Below, piece by piece: positions 8,626-18,900 of a stretch of DNA of 64,000 nucleotides. The notes under the pieces are model-generated. The model was given only the letters and a program-made list of their open reading frames with translations, ran no database searches and had not been told where the DNA came from. The DNA is from Corallococcus sp. Z5C101001. Its GTDB lineage: Bacteria > Myxococcota > Myxococcia > Myxococcales > Myxococcaceae. The stretch spans positions 635,940 to 699,939 of the forward strand of contig NZ_VKLU01000005.1 of NCBI RefSeq assembly GCF_007352635.1. Reading direction: 5' to 3'. A program made the translations under genes and the position numbers. Position 1 is the stretch's first letter, and each line of letters starts with the position of its first letter.

Positions 8626-9909
8626 TCACGCCGCATGCCCAGTCCCCTCCCACGTGGCGACCGGCGTCTGCTTCAAGACCGGCTGCCTCCCCACCGCCAG
8701 GGCCCGCTCCCGTGCCTGCGCGATGCGGTGCGCGCTCGCGGCCAGGCCGAAGAGCACGTAGCAATGCGCGGACAGGATGTAGCCCGAGAACAAGTCACAG
8801 ATGAGGTAGCCGGCCACGGACGCCGATAGCGCGCGCGCCAGCCACCCCATTTCCGAGTCCGCCGACGCGGCCACCGCGCCGCCCACGGCCCCGCCCGAGA
8901 ACACCAGGAAGCACAGGAGGCCCACCCACCCCAGCTCCCCGATGACGTCGAGGAAGATGTTGTGCGCCACGTAGGCCCGGTGCGCCTCCGGCGGCGCGTA
9001 CTCGAACCACGCATAGCGGAAGCCGCCCGCGCCCACGCCCAGGAGCGGCTTGTCCAGGCTGATGCGGCTGGCCACCTGCCACGCATACACGCGGCCCATG
9101 GCGGACGCGTCCTCGTGGAAGTCCGCCACCGTCTCGTTGCGCTCCCAGAAGCTCTTGGGCGCGAACACCGCCAGGCCCAGCACGAACACGCTGCCCAGCA
9201 CGATGGCCTGCAGGCGGCGCTTCTCGCGGATGGCCCACAGCGCCATCGCCACCGACAGGCCAATGAAGCCGCCTCGCGAGTGCGACAGCACGATGGCCAC
9301 CACCGCCAGCACCGCGGACCCCGCGCACAGCACGCGGAACACCCAAGGGGTGCTCTTGCGCGCCAGGAACGCCACCGCCAGCGGCACCACCAGCACCATG
9401 TTCATCGCCATGTGGTTGGGGTCCGCGTACACGCCCACCCAGCGCGACCGGAAGCCCTCCACCATGTTCTCGCCGACGAGGTACCAATTGATGACGCCAA
9501 TGGACGTCACGATGGCGCCCAGCACCATCGCGCCGCACACCACCGCCAGCCGCTTGCCCGTGGTGATGACGTTGACGAGCGTCAGATAGATGGCCGTGAG
9601 CTTCAGCAGCTCCACGCCCTGTCCGCGCGTCACCTCCGGGTTCACGCTCCACGCCATCGAGCAGAACGCCAATGAGGAGAACGCCAGCAGCGCGATGCCG
9701 CGCGCGCCGTCGAAATAGATCGGCTCCGCCTTGCCCAGCCGCCGCATCACCATCAGCCCGGCCGCAAGGCCCGACGTCAGCAGCGCGAGCCGCAGCGGCT
9801 CCAACGCCGGGAGCCACTCACCCGGCACCGCGTACATCACCGCCGCGAACCCCGCGAGCATGAAGAAAGCCAGCACGTCGCGACGCTGCCCCTGCGCGCC
9901 CGGTCCCAT
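8626..9909 (-). CDS. O-antigen ligase (Wzy_C) family polytopic membrane protein, a candidate WaaL.
   Basis: About 10-12 predicted TM helices and the Wzy_C hallmark (AIVLSHSRGGFIGLSVAMAL) are present. The start is set at the internal ATG (MGPGAQ...). The gene is immediately upstream of, and coupled to, the GT4 gene. Confidence 0.7.
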   Translation of the reverse strand: MGPGAQGQRRDVLAFFMLAGFAAVMYAVPGEWLPALEPLRLALLTSGLAAGLMVMRRLGKAEPIYFDGARGIALLAFSSLAFCSMAWSVNPEVTRGQGVELLKLTAIYLTLVNVITTGKRLAVVCGAMVLGAIVTSIGVINWYLVGENMVEGFRSRWVGVYADPNHMAMNMVLVVPLAVAFLARKSTPWVFRVLCAGSAVLAVVAIVLSHSRGGFIGLSVAMALWAIREKRRLQAIVLGSVFVLGLAVFAPKSFWERNETVADFHEDASAMGRVYAWQVASRISLDKPLLGVGAGGFRYAWFEYAPPEAHRAYVAHNIFLDVIGELGWVGLLCFLVFSGGAVGGAVAASADSEMGWLARALSASVAGYLICDLFSGYILSAHCYVLFGLAASAHRIAQARERALAVGRQPVLKQTPVATWEGTGHAA

Positions 9910-10134
9910 GTACCCCACCCCTTCGCTGTCGGTCGCTCGTCCCGTCACACGCGTGCCCCTGGCCCTCGTGGATGTCCGGCTGTCGGCTGTTCGCGAACAG
10001 CTGGCGAACAGCAGACGGCTGGCGGGCAAGGGGCAAAGCAGCGGACGTGCCAGAGGCCGGGGGCGCTGGATGCCTGGATCTTCAGGGGGTTGCGTGAGGC
10101 TCCCGGACCGACGGGCCGGGCAAGGCTGAAAAAG

Positions 10135-11796
10135 CTACGGGACTGGCGCGCTCTCCATCGGAAGCACCGCGGAGGCGATCAAGTCCAGGCGCCCCTCGCG
10201 AAGCCACGGCGACCCCAGCTCCGACAGCAGCCGCGCCAGCGTGACGTTCACCACCCGACGCAGCTCCTCTCTCGCGCCTTCCGGCACCGCGGGCGACAGC
10301 GTCGCCACCGCGCGCTCCGCCGCGCTCGGGCGCAGGCGAGGCGAATCCGGGGTGCCTTCGAAGAGGCGCTGGCCCAGCTCCACCGTGCGCCCCAGGGGCA
10401 CGGGCCGCACGTCCACGCGCTCCTCCAGCACGGCCATGGCGACGCCCGCCGCCCACAGCCGCTCCACGCCCAGCACATCCAGCGAGACGCCGAAGCGGGC
10501 CAGCACCGTGCGCGCCGCGCCGTCGGAGCCGCCCAGCAGCGCGCCCAGCGCCGCCACCTGGCCCTCGGCGCGCGCGAGCAGCACCTCCGAACCGGCCACC
10601 TCCCGGAGCGAGCGGAACGGCACCGCTTCCGCGCCGGGCACGCGCAGCGCGCGGCGGGGCCGCTTGCGCCGCAGGGCCTCCAGCGCGGCGGCCTCCTCGG
10701 GGAGCACCAGCGGCACGTCGTCCAGCTTCACGAAGGGCGCCTTGAAGAGGCGGTCCGCGCGGTACTTGAGCTGGAGCGTCAGCGTGAAGCCCACCTGGAA
10801 GACGCGGCGCAGGGGCGTGTCGCGCAGCGCCTCCGGCGCCTTGGACGGGTCGCCGCCCGTCAGGTGCTCCAGGCCCAGCGACAGGTAGTCGCGCACCCAT
10901 TCGCCCACGCGGCGCACGGCGTCCAGGTCGCCCGGGTCGCCCAGCTCCGCGACGAGCACCGCGTTGGCCACTTCGCGCAGCTCATCCTCCGCGTTCATCC
11001 GCTCCACGTCGGACAGGTCGCGGAAGGCGGCCTCCAGGTAGTCCAGGTGGCCGCCCGTGGCGGTGAGCGCGGGGGCGGCGTTGCTCGAGGGACGCGGCGG
11101 CACGTCCACGCGGCTGAAGAGCGCCAGGGCGTCCTCCAGCGACGGGAAGCCCAGGTCGGACAGGCGCGCGCGGCGGAACTGGAACGCGGTCTCCTCCAGC
11201 TCGGAGGGAATCTCCCAGCGCACGGCCTCGAAGAGGCGCACCGCTTCGAAGGGGTTCTCCGCGATGAGGTCGTTGAGGAGCGCGCGCATGGCGGACATCT
11301 CCACGCCGTCCACCTTCAGCTCCACCAGGTAGCGCCCCTCCGGGGTCTCCATCGTCACGCCCTGCGGGTTGACGTCCGGGTTCTCCTCCAGGTCGTGGAC
11401 GACGGTGAACTCCTTGAGGAGCGTCTCCACCACCTCCAGGTCCACCGCGTGCACCTTGCGCAGGAAGTCCTCGGGTTCATCCCCGCGCGCGGCGCGCAGC
11501 CAGGTGAGCACCGCGTGCGGCTCCAGCTTGTCCTTCGACCAGCCGCCCAGGTCCACGAAGGTGCGGAACTGCGCGGGCGACGCCAGCTGCACGAGGTCCG
11601 TCGTGTCCGCCAGCCCCACCTCCTGGATGGTGACGTACAGGTCCTCCGCTGGCAGCGAGCGCACCAGCGCGGGCGTATCCTCCGCGTCGTAGAGCGCCGC
11701 CACCCGCTGGCGCGGGGACAGGCGCATCAACCGCTGACGCTCCTCGCGGGGAGCGAGGGGCGAAACACCACCGTTCGTCTTGCCGTTCTGGGACAC
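10135..11796 (-). CDS. Conserved hypothetical protein (about 550 aa, acidic, no TM) of the kind restricted to Myxococcales. Function unknown.
   Basis: A long ORF with strong GC3 bias on this strand and no recognisable catalytic motif. The start is ambiguous: a GTG at 11796 or an ATG about 69 nt downstream with a GAGGAG upstream. Confidence 0.5.
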   Translation of the reverse strand: MSQNGKTNGGVSPLAPREERQRLMRLSPRQRVAALYDAEDTPALVRSLPAEDLYVTIQEVGLADTTDLVQLASPAQFRTFVDLGGWSKDKLEPHAVLTWLRAARGDEPEDFLRKVHAVDLEVVETLLKEFTVVHDLEENPDVNPQGVTMETPEGRYLVELKVDGVEMSAMRALLNDLIAENPFEAVRLFEAVRWEIPSELEETAFQFRRARLSDLGFPSLEDALALFSRVDVPPRPSSNAAPALTATGGHLDYLEAAFRDLSDVERMNAEDELREVANAVLVAELGDPGDLDAVRRVGEWVRDYLSLGLEHLTGGDPSKAPEALRDTPLRRVFQVGFTLTLQLKYRADRLFKAPFVKLDDVPLVLPEEAAALEALRRKRPRRALRVPGAEAVPFRSLREVAGSEVLLARAEGQVAALGALLGGSDGAARTVLARFGVSLDVLGVERLWAAGVAMAVLEERVDVRPVPLGRTVELGQRLFEGTPDSPRLRPSAAERAVATLSPAVPEGAREELRRVVNVTLARLLSELGSPWLREGRLDLIASAVLPMESAPVP

Positions 11797-11835
11797 GCCG
11801 GGGGTGCTACCACAGCGTGCCCGGCCCCGGGAGAC

Positions 11836-12456
11836 TCAGACGCGGGTGGCCTTGCCGAAGGTGTCCAGCAGCGTGCCCCACACCTCCTCCACGCCCAGCT
11901 TTTCGGTGGAGGAGAACGGGATCACCGCCTCGCGGGGCAGCTCCAGCTGCGCGGCCACCGCGTGCAGCCGGGGCTTGCGCTGCGCCTTCGTCAGCCGGTC
12001 CACCTTGGTGGCCACGACGAGGATGCGGCGGTTGTGCTCCTGCAGATAGTCCAGCGTCTGGAGGTCTTCCGGAGTGGGGCCCACCTCCGCGTCGATGATG
12101 CTCACCACCACCTCCAGCCGGTGCCGGTTCTTCAGGTAGGAGGTGATCATCGCCTGCCACTGGGCCTTGTCCGCCTTGCTCGCCTTGGCGAAGCCGTAGC
12201 CGGGCAGGTCCGCCAGGCGCACCGTGTGGCGCTGCCCGTCGCGGTCCAGGTCCACGTCGAAGAAGTTGAGGGTGCGGGTGCGCCCGGGCGTGTTGGACAC
12301 GCGCACCAGCTTCCGCCGGTTCGTCAGGGCGTTGATCATGGACGACTTGCCCACGTTGGAGCGGCCGACGAAGGCCACCTCCGCGGCGTGGTCCGTGGGC
12401 AGGCCCTTGAGCTCCACGGCGGTGGTGACGAAGCGGGAGTCGAGGATCTTTATCAA
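11836..12456 (-). CDS. engB: Ribosome biogenesis GTP-binding protein YihA/EngB.
   Basis: The G1 motif GRSNVGKSS, the G3 DLPGYG and the G4 TKVD are present in typical EngB order. The start appears to be TTG, 11 nt after the upstream cytochrome stop. Confidence 0.85.
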   Translation of the reverse strand: MIKILDSRFVTTAVELKGLPTDHAAEVAFVGRSNVGKSSMINALTNRRKLVRVSNTPGRTRTLNFFDVDLDRDGQRHTVRLADLPGYGFAKASKADKAQWQAMITSYLKNRHRLEVVVSIIDAEVGPTPEDLQTLDYLQEHNRRILVVATKVDRLTKAQRKPRLHAVAAQLELPREAVIPFSSTEKLGVEEVWGTLLDTFGKATRV

Positions 12457-12467
12457 GCGGGGGTCAC

Positions 12468-12977
12468 TTACTTCTTCGCCGTGGCAGGAGCCGGCGTGGA
12501 GGGGGCCGCGTCCGCGCGGGTCTGCTTGCGAGCGCGTTCGGCGGACCAGTGGTCGATGGCCTTCAGCGCTTCCTTGAAGTCGAACGGGCGCAGCGAGGGA
12601 GACGAGGCGTCATGGCAGGTGCGGCACTGCTTCTCCGACGGGTCCACCAACCCCACCAGCCGCGCCAGCTCCGGGTCCTTCATCACGTAGGACGGCGAGT
12701 AGTACTGCCCGCCCCCGTGGCACGTCTCGCAGGTGACGGCCGTGAGCGACTGCTCGGACTGGTCCGGCGCGTGGCAGGACAGGCAGCGCGCGTCCTTCTT
12801 CTGCCCCTCCGCCAGCGTCTCCGTGGCCCGGGCGTGCTTGGACTTCATCCACGCGTCGTACGCTTCCGGGTGGCATCCCTTGCAACTGTCGGGGCCGGTG
12901 AAGTCCGCGGCACCGGCAAGACCGCCACAAACGGCGAGCAGGAGGGCGGAAAAGACCCGGAAGGCACGAGAACGCAT
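12468..12977 (-). CDS. Small secreted tetra-heme c-type cytochrome.
   Basis: A signal peptide (MRSRAFRVFSALLLAVCGGLAGA) is followed by four CxxCH heme-binding motifs (CKGCH, CLSCH, CETCH, CRTCH) in 169 aa. Confidence 0.7.
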   Translation of the reverse strand: MRSRAFRVFSALLLAVCGGLAGAADFTGPDSCKGCHPEAYDAWMKSKHARATETLAEGQKKDARCLSCHAPDQSEQSLTAVTCETCHGGGQYYSPSYVMKDPELARLVGLVDPSEKQCRTCHDASSPSLRPFDFKEALKAIDHWSAERARKQTRADAAPSTPAPATAKK

Positions 12978-13112
12978 GCCTTGAGCACGTAGCAGAGGCC
13001 CCAGGAGGGGGCAAGGCGTCTCGTTCGTGATTGAATACCGGGTGGACAGGCGCGTGGCTTGAGGTAACGGACCTTGAGGCGTGCCTGCCTGATCCGCTAG
13101 GGAGGAGTCGAG

Positions 13113-13595
13113 ATGCGGACCCCCGTGATTGCCGTCCTGTTCGCCGTTGCCGCCGTCGCTGTCTCCCTTCCTGCTTCCGCCAAGCCGTGGCAGGGCATTG
13201 AACCCGGGACCTCCAAGAAGGAGGACGTGGTGAAGAAGTTCGGGGAGCCGTCCCGGACCATGACCCAGGACGGCAAGGAGATCCTGGCCTACTTCTCCAA
13301 GGAGGCCATCAAGGGCACCACCCAGACGCAGTTCAAGGTGGACCCGGCCACCCAGCTGGTGGAGCGCATCGACGTGTTCCCCGCGCCCGTCATCGAGAAG
13401 GACACCATCGAGAACAGCTACGGCGCCGCGTGCCCGGCCGGCGCCATGCCGGCCACCCCCTGCTACCTGCGCAAGCTCACCGACGACTTCCGCACCTACT
13501 TCCTCTACGTGAAGCTGGGCGTGGCCATCTTCTTCAACGAGGACGGAAAGACGGTGCAGTCCTTCGTCTTCACCACGCCCAAGGCCGCGAAGTAG
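13113..13595 (+). CDS. Secreted hypothetical protein with a signal peptide.
   Basis: The N-terminal signal MRTPVIAVLFAVAAVAVSLPASA is clear. No recognisable domain follows. Confidence 0.5.
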   Translation: MRTPVIAVLFAVAAVAVSLPASAKPWQGIEPGTSKKEDVVKKFGEPSRTMTQDGKEILAYFSKEAIKGTTQTQFKVDPATQLVERIDVFPAPVIEKDTIENSYGAACPAGAMPATPCYLRKLTDDFRTYFLYVKLGVAIFFNEDGKTVQSFVFTTPKAAK

Positions 13596-13597
13596 CC

Positions 13598-14194
13598 GTG
13601 CACGTCTTCGGCCTGACGGGCGGCATCGCCTCCGGCAAGAGCACGGTGAGCCGGATGCTGCGAGAGCTGGGCGCGCGCGTGCTGGACGCGGACGTGCTCG
13701 CCCGTGAGGTGGTGGAGCCCGGCACGCCCGGGCTCCAGCGCATCCGCGAACGCTTCCCCGGGGTGGTGGGTCCCGACGGCCGGCTGGACCGGGTCCGGCT
13801 GGGCGCCCACATCTTCGCGGACCCCGCCGAGCGCGCCGCCCTCAACGCCATCGTGCACCCGGAGGTGCGCGCCCTGTTCCTCCAGAAGCTCCAGGCGCTG
13901 GAGGCGGAGGGCATCACCCACGCCATCTATGACGTGCCGCTGCTCATCGAGACGGGGCTCCACACGGCGATGGAGGGCGTGGCCGTGGTGTGGGTGCCGC
14001 GCGACGTGCAGAAGGCGCGGCTGATGGCGCGCGACGGGCTGGACGCGGAACAAGCGGAGGCGCGACTCCAGGCGCAGCTGTCGCTGGACGACAAGCGCGC
14101 GCACGCGACGTGGGTCATCGACAACAGCGGCGCGCCGGAGGCCACCCGTCCACAGGTGGAAGCCGTGTGGCGGGCGATGCTCGCGCGCGGCTGA
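13598..14194 (+). CDS. coaE: Dephospho-CoA kinase.
   Basis: VHVFGLTGGIASGKSTVSRMLRELGARVLDADVLARE is the CoaE P-loop N-terminus. The GTG start lies 2 nt after the upstream stop. The longer ATG ORF from 13430 overlaps the upstream gene out of frame. Confidence 0.8.
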   Translation: MHVFGLTGGIASGKSTVSRMLRELGARVLDADVLAREVVEPGTPGLQRIRERFPGVVGPDGRLDRVRLGAHIFADPAERAALNAIVHPEVRALFLQKLQALEAEGITHAIYDVPLLIETGLHTAMEGVAVVWVPRDVQKARLMARDGLDAEQAEARLQAQLSLDDKRAHATWVIDNSGAPEATRPQVEAVWRAMLARG

Positions 14195-14217
14195 CAGGCG
14201 GTTATGCTGCGCCGCGC

Positions 14218-15381
14218 ATGAGTGAGACGTCGACGACGCACAGGCCAGGCACCTACTTCATCACCGGCTATCCGGGGTTCATCGGCAAGCGGCTGGTGGA
14301 GCACATCGCGCGGGAGGACCCGGAAGGGCACATCTACGCGCTGGTGCAGCCCAAGGCCTTCAAGGAAGCGCAGGCGCTCGCGGCGAAGGTGAACGGCGCG
14401 CGCGTGGAGCTGCTCACCGGGGACGCGGTGGACATGCACCTGGGCCTGTCCGGCGAGGAGTACCAGCGCCTGTGCGAGCGGGTGACGGACATCTTCCACC
14501 TGGCGGCGGTGTCGCAGCTGGGGGTGCCCAAGGAGACCGCGTGGCGGGTGAACGTGGACGGCACGCGCAACCTGCTGGAGCTGGCGCGCGACTGCGAGAA
14601 CCTGTCGCGCTTCAACCACTTCTCCACCTGCTACGTGTCCGGCGACCGGGTGGGCGTCATCGCCGAGGACGAACTGGACCGGGCCCAGTCCTTCCGCAAC
14701 GCGTACGAGGAGACGAAGTTCCAGGCGGAGCGGCTGGTGCAGCGGGCCGCGGCCACGCTCCCCGTCACCGTGTTCCGGCCGTCCAGCGTGGTGGGCGACT
14801 CGCGCACGGGGGAGATCGACCGGTTCGAGGGCCCCTACTACCTGGGCATCCTGCTCGTCACGTCTCCGCTGGTGGTGCCGCTGCCCCTGCCGGGCAACGG
14901 CGTCGCGCCGCTCAACGTCGTCCCGGTGGACTTCGTGGTGGAGGCCGTGTGGCGGCTGTCGCGCGATGCGCGGGCGAAGGGGCGCACCTTCCACCTGGTG
15001 GACCCCAACCCCATGAGCGCGCGGCGCGTGTACGAGCTCATCGCGGAGAAGGCGCACAAGCGGCTGCCGCGCTTCAACCTGTCCGCGCGCGCCGCGGACG
15101 TGATGCTGCGGCTGCCGGTGCTGGAGAAGCTGGCGCGGCCCCAGCGCGCGGCCATCAGCTACGTGAACCACCTGGCCATCTACAACTGCCACAACACGCT
15201 GGAGCTGCTCGACGGCACGGGCGTGCGCTGCCCGCCGCTGTCGTCGTACCTGGATCAGCTCGTCGCCTACGTGCGCGAACAGTACAAGCAGCGCCGGGAG
15301 GGCGCGGAGGTGGAGGATCCGCTCGACCACGGGCCCCTGCCCTCCGGTGATGAGGCCTCCGCGCGGCGCTCGCGCCGCTGA
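14218..15381 (+). CDS. NAD(P)-dependent SDR-family epimerase/dehydratase or thioester-reductase-like protein.
   Basis: The Rossmann motif TGYPGFIGKRLVEHI is at the N-terminus and the YxxxK catalytic dyad (YEETK) follows. The overall architecture resembles terminal reductase or fatty acyl-CoA reductase domains. Confidence 0.65.
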   Translation: MSETSTTHRPGTYFITGYPGFIGKRLVEHIAREDPEGHIYALVQPKAFKEAQALAAKVNGARVELLTGDAVDMHLGLSGEEYQRLCERVTDIFHLAAVSQLGVPKETAWRVNVDGTRNLLELARDCENLSRFNHFSTCYVSGDRVGVIAEDELDRAQSFRNAYEETKFQAERLVQRAAATLPVTVFRPSSVVGDSRTGEIDRFEGPYYLGILLVTSPLVVPLPLPGNGVAPLNVVPVDFVVEAVWRLSRDARAKGRTFHLVDPNPMSARRVYELIAEKAHKRLPRFNLSARAADVMLRLPVLEKLARPQRAAISYVNHLAIYNCHNTLELLDGTGVRCPPLSSYLDQLVAYVREQYKQRREGAEVEDPLDHGPLPSGDEASARRSRR

Positions 15382-15941
15382 GCAGGGATGCCGCCCGGAC
15401 GCAAGGTGCGGCGCGGTATCCACCGCGCGTGACCGGCCGCCTGCCTGCCCCGGTTTATTCAGGCTCACGGCCCAGCTTATTCCAGACTGCCAATTGTTAC
15501 TGGATTGCTAACGCAAAGTTGCTGCCCCCCCCTCTTTTCAACGAAACAGTGTCCTGGTTAGCATGCGCTCGCACTGAATCCGGCGCGGTGAACACGACCG
15601 TGACCTGAACGTTGTTTGGAGAGCAGCGCTTGCCGGAGACGATTGACAGGCGATTCGAGTTGGCGCCCCGGGGTTCGGGGGTGGCGCCTCGCCTGTCCGG
15701 TCTGTCTCAGCATCCCGCGCGAGGTCCGCGCGCCCCTGCCCTCTCGCCTTTTCACGCTGCCCCCTGCCGCGTCGTCAATGCGACCTCTGGCGTTGGGATG
15801 CGTCTCCTATCGGGCTGTTGTCCACCTGCGGTCCACGGTCCGTAAGGGGAGGTCCGCCACCCCCGGCGTGCCTCTCCGTGCAGTCGTCGTCACAAGCAGT
15901 CCCCTCGTCCGGCAGTTCATCACCCCCAAGAAGGAAGGCGC

Positions 15942-18900
15942 ATGCGTCTCAGGGAAAAACTGTTGACCAGCCTGCTGCTGGTGCCCGTCGCGGGTACCAG
16001 CGCGTGGGCCAAGGAGCGGTCGAATTTCGACGCGTTCCTGGAGCAGCGGGATTCTCGCTCGCTGGCCGTGGATACCAACACGGCCGTGTCCCGTGGGCTT
16101 CGCATCGAGCACACCGAGCAGCGGCTCGGCGTGCCCACGTTCGCGTGGGCGACCCAGGACGGAGCGCTGTCCAAGTCCGTCATCCGCGCTGGCATGACGG
16201 CGGAGAACGCGGCGCGCGCGCACCTGCAGACCGTGGCGGACAGCTACCGGCTGTCGCGTGACGACGTCTCGGGCGCTTCGCTGCGCGCGATGCACAACAC
16301 CGGCAAGGGCGCCATCGTCGCGACCTTCAACCAGACGGTGAACGGCATCCCGGTCTTCCGCAACGAGCTGAAGGTCATCATGGGCCAGGACCTGCGCCTG
16401 GTGGCCGTCAGCGGCTACCTGGCCCCGTCCGAGCTCACGCTCACCGCCCGCACGAAGTCGCGCGGCGCGTTCCAGCTGAGCGCGGCGGACGCGGTCTCCG
16501 GTGCGTTCAAGGACCTGACGGGCTCCGGCACGCAGGCCACCTCGTTCATCAACGCGGGCACGCAGGGCGACTACACCTACTTCGAGCTGTCCCCCGGCGC
16601 GAAGTCCACGCTGGCGCAGGACCTGGCCGTCCCGGCCCGTGCCCGGCAGGTGTTCTTCACGATGTCCGGCGCGCTCGAGCCCGCCTGGTACGTGGAGGTC
16701 AACGCCGGCCCGAAGGCGGCGCGCTCCAGCCAGTACTTCTCCTACGTGGTGTCGGCGGCCACCGGCGCGGTGCTCTTCCGCAACGACCTGACCGTGGACG
16801 CGGCGGGCACGCCCTTCACGTACAAGGTCTGGGCGGACACGACGTCTCCGTTCATCCCGGAGGACGGTCCCCAGGGCAACGACGCGACCCCGCACCCCAC
16901 GGGCACGCGCGACGGCTTCCAGATCCCGCTGAACCGCCCGGCGCACGACATCACCCTGGCGAACAGCCCCTACAGCCAGAATGACCCCTGGCTGCCGGCC
17001 AACGCCACGCAGACCACGGGCAACAACGTGGACGCGTACGCGGACCTGTCCGCGCCGGACGGCTTCCAACCGAACAGCGCCGACATCCGCGCGGAGACGA
17101 CCAGCGCCAACACGTTCGCGTACGTCTACGACACCACCAAGGCGCCGGGGTCCAGCCCCCAGCAGATCAAGGCCTCGGTGGTGAACCTGTTCTATGTGAA
17201 CAACTTCCTGCACGACTGGTTCTACGACTCCGGCTTCGACGAGGCCTCGGGCAACGCCCAGTCGTACAACTTCGGCCGCGGTGGCGCGGAGAGCGACCCC
17301 ATCCAGGCCCAGGCCCAGGACTACGGCGGCCGCAACAACGCGAACATGAGCACGCCGGCGGACGGTGCGTCGCCGCGCATGCAGATGTACGTGTTCGACG
17401 GTACGCCCGAGCTGTCCGTGACGGCGCCCGCCACCCTGGCCGGCGTCTACGAGGCCGCCTCCGCGAGCTACGGCAAGCAGGCGTACGACATGACGGGGGA
17501 CCTCAAGGCTGCTCCGACCACCAACCCGCTGGGCTGCGCCGCGTTCGACGCCGGCTACTTCACCGGGAAGGTTGCCCTCATCGACCGCGGTACTTGCAAC
17601 TTCGTGGTCAAGTCGCTCTTCGCCCAGCAGGCGGGCGCGCTCGCCACGGTCATCGTCAACAACGCGCCAGGCAGCCCCGGCGCCATGGCTGGCAACGGCA
17701 CGGATGACGCCAAGGTCACCACTCCCTCGCTGATGATCACCCAGGCGGCGGGCGCCGCGTGGAAGGCCGGGCTGGCCACTGGCCCGGTGAGTGTGAAGTT
17801 CCTGCGCGAGCCGAACCAGGACCGCGACGGCACACTCGACAACGGCATCATCGCCCACGAGTGGGGGCACTACATCAGCAACCGCCTCATCGGTAACGCC
17901 GCGGGCCTCAGCAACAACCAGGGCCGCTCGATGGGCGAGGGCTGGGGTGACTTCCACGCGATGCTGATGCAGGTGCGCGCGTCGGACGTGACCAAGCCCG
18001 GCAACAACAATTGGCAGGGCGTCTACAGTACCGCGGGATACGTCTCCAGCGGCGGCAAGAACCAGGGCTACTACTACGGCATCCGTCGCCTGCCCTACTC
18101 GACGGACATGAGCAAGAACGGTTACACGTTCAAGCACATCTCCAACTACACCGCCCTGCCCGCCGACTCGAACTCCACGCGAGTGGACATCAACAGCGAG
18201 GTCCACAACAGCGGTGAAGTGTGGGCCACGATGCTTTGGGAGTGCTACGCGAGCCTGCTGAACGCGCACCCGTTCCCGGAGGCGCAGGACCGCATGAAGC
18301 GCTATCTCGTCGCCGCCTACAAGGCGACGCCGAACGCGCCCACCTACACGGAAGCGCGCGACGCGGTGCTGGCGGTGGCGCAGGCCAACGACCCGGCCGA
18401 CTACAGCCGCTTCGTGGCGGCGTTCGCCAAGCGCGGCATGGGCTTTGGCGCCAAGTCGCCGGACCGCAGCGTCTTCGACCACCTGGGCGTAGTGGAGAGC
18501 TTCTCCTCCGGCGGCAACCTGGAAGTCGTCAGCGTCCAGTTGGATGACAGCGTGAGCGGCTGCGACCAGGATGGAATCCTGGACGTGGGCGAGCAGGGCC
18601 GGCTCAAGCTCGTCGTGCGCAACACGGGCGGTGGCGGACTGAGCGCCTTCACCGGCACGGTCAGCACCTCCAGCTCCACTGCCACCCTGGCGTTCCCGGC
18701 GGGCAACACGGTGTCCGTCCCCGCCCTGTCGCGCGGTGCGCAGACCACCCTCTCCATCCCGGTGAGCCTCACCGCGGTGTCGGGTGCGAACGCTCGCGCA
18801 GGGCTGAAGGTCGTCTTCGACTCGACGGAGATTCCGACGGCGGCGAAGACGGTGACGTACGACCCCCGCGTCAACTACGACAACGTGCCGGCCGTCAGCA

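Noticed and set aside
15470-15560. Possible sigma-54 (-24/-12) promoter in the M36 protease leader (TGGATTGCTAACGCA and TGGTTAGCATGCGC).
   Set aside because: In both candidates the GG...GC spacing is off by one from the TGGCAC-N5-TTGC consensus, and no enhancer-binding-protein gene is adjacent. It is too weak to call without transcript mapping.
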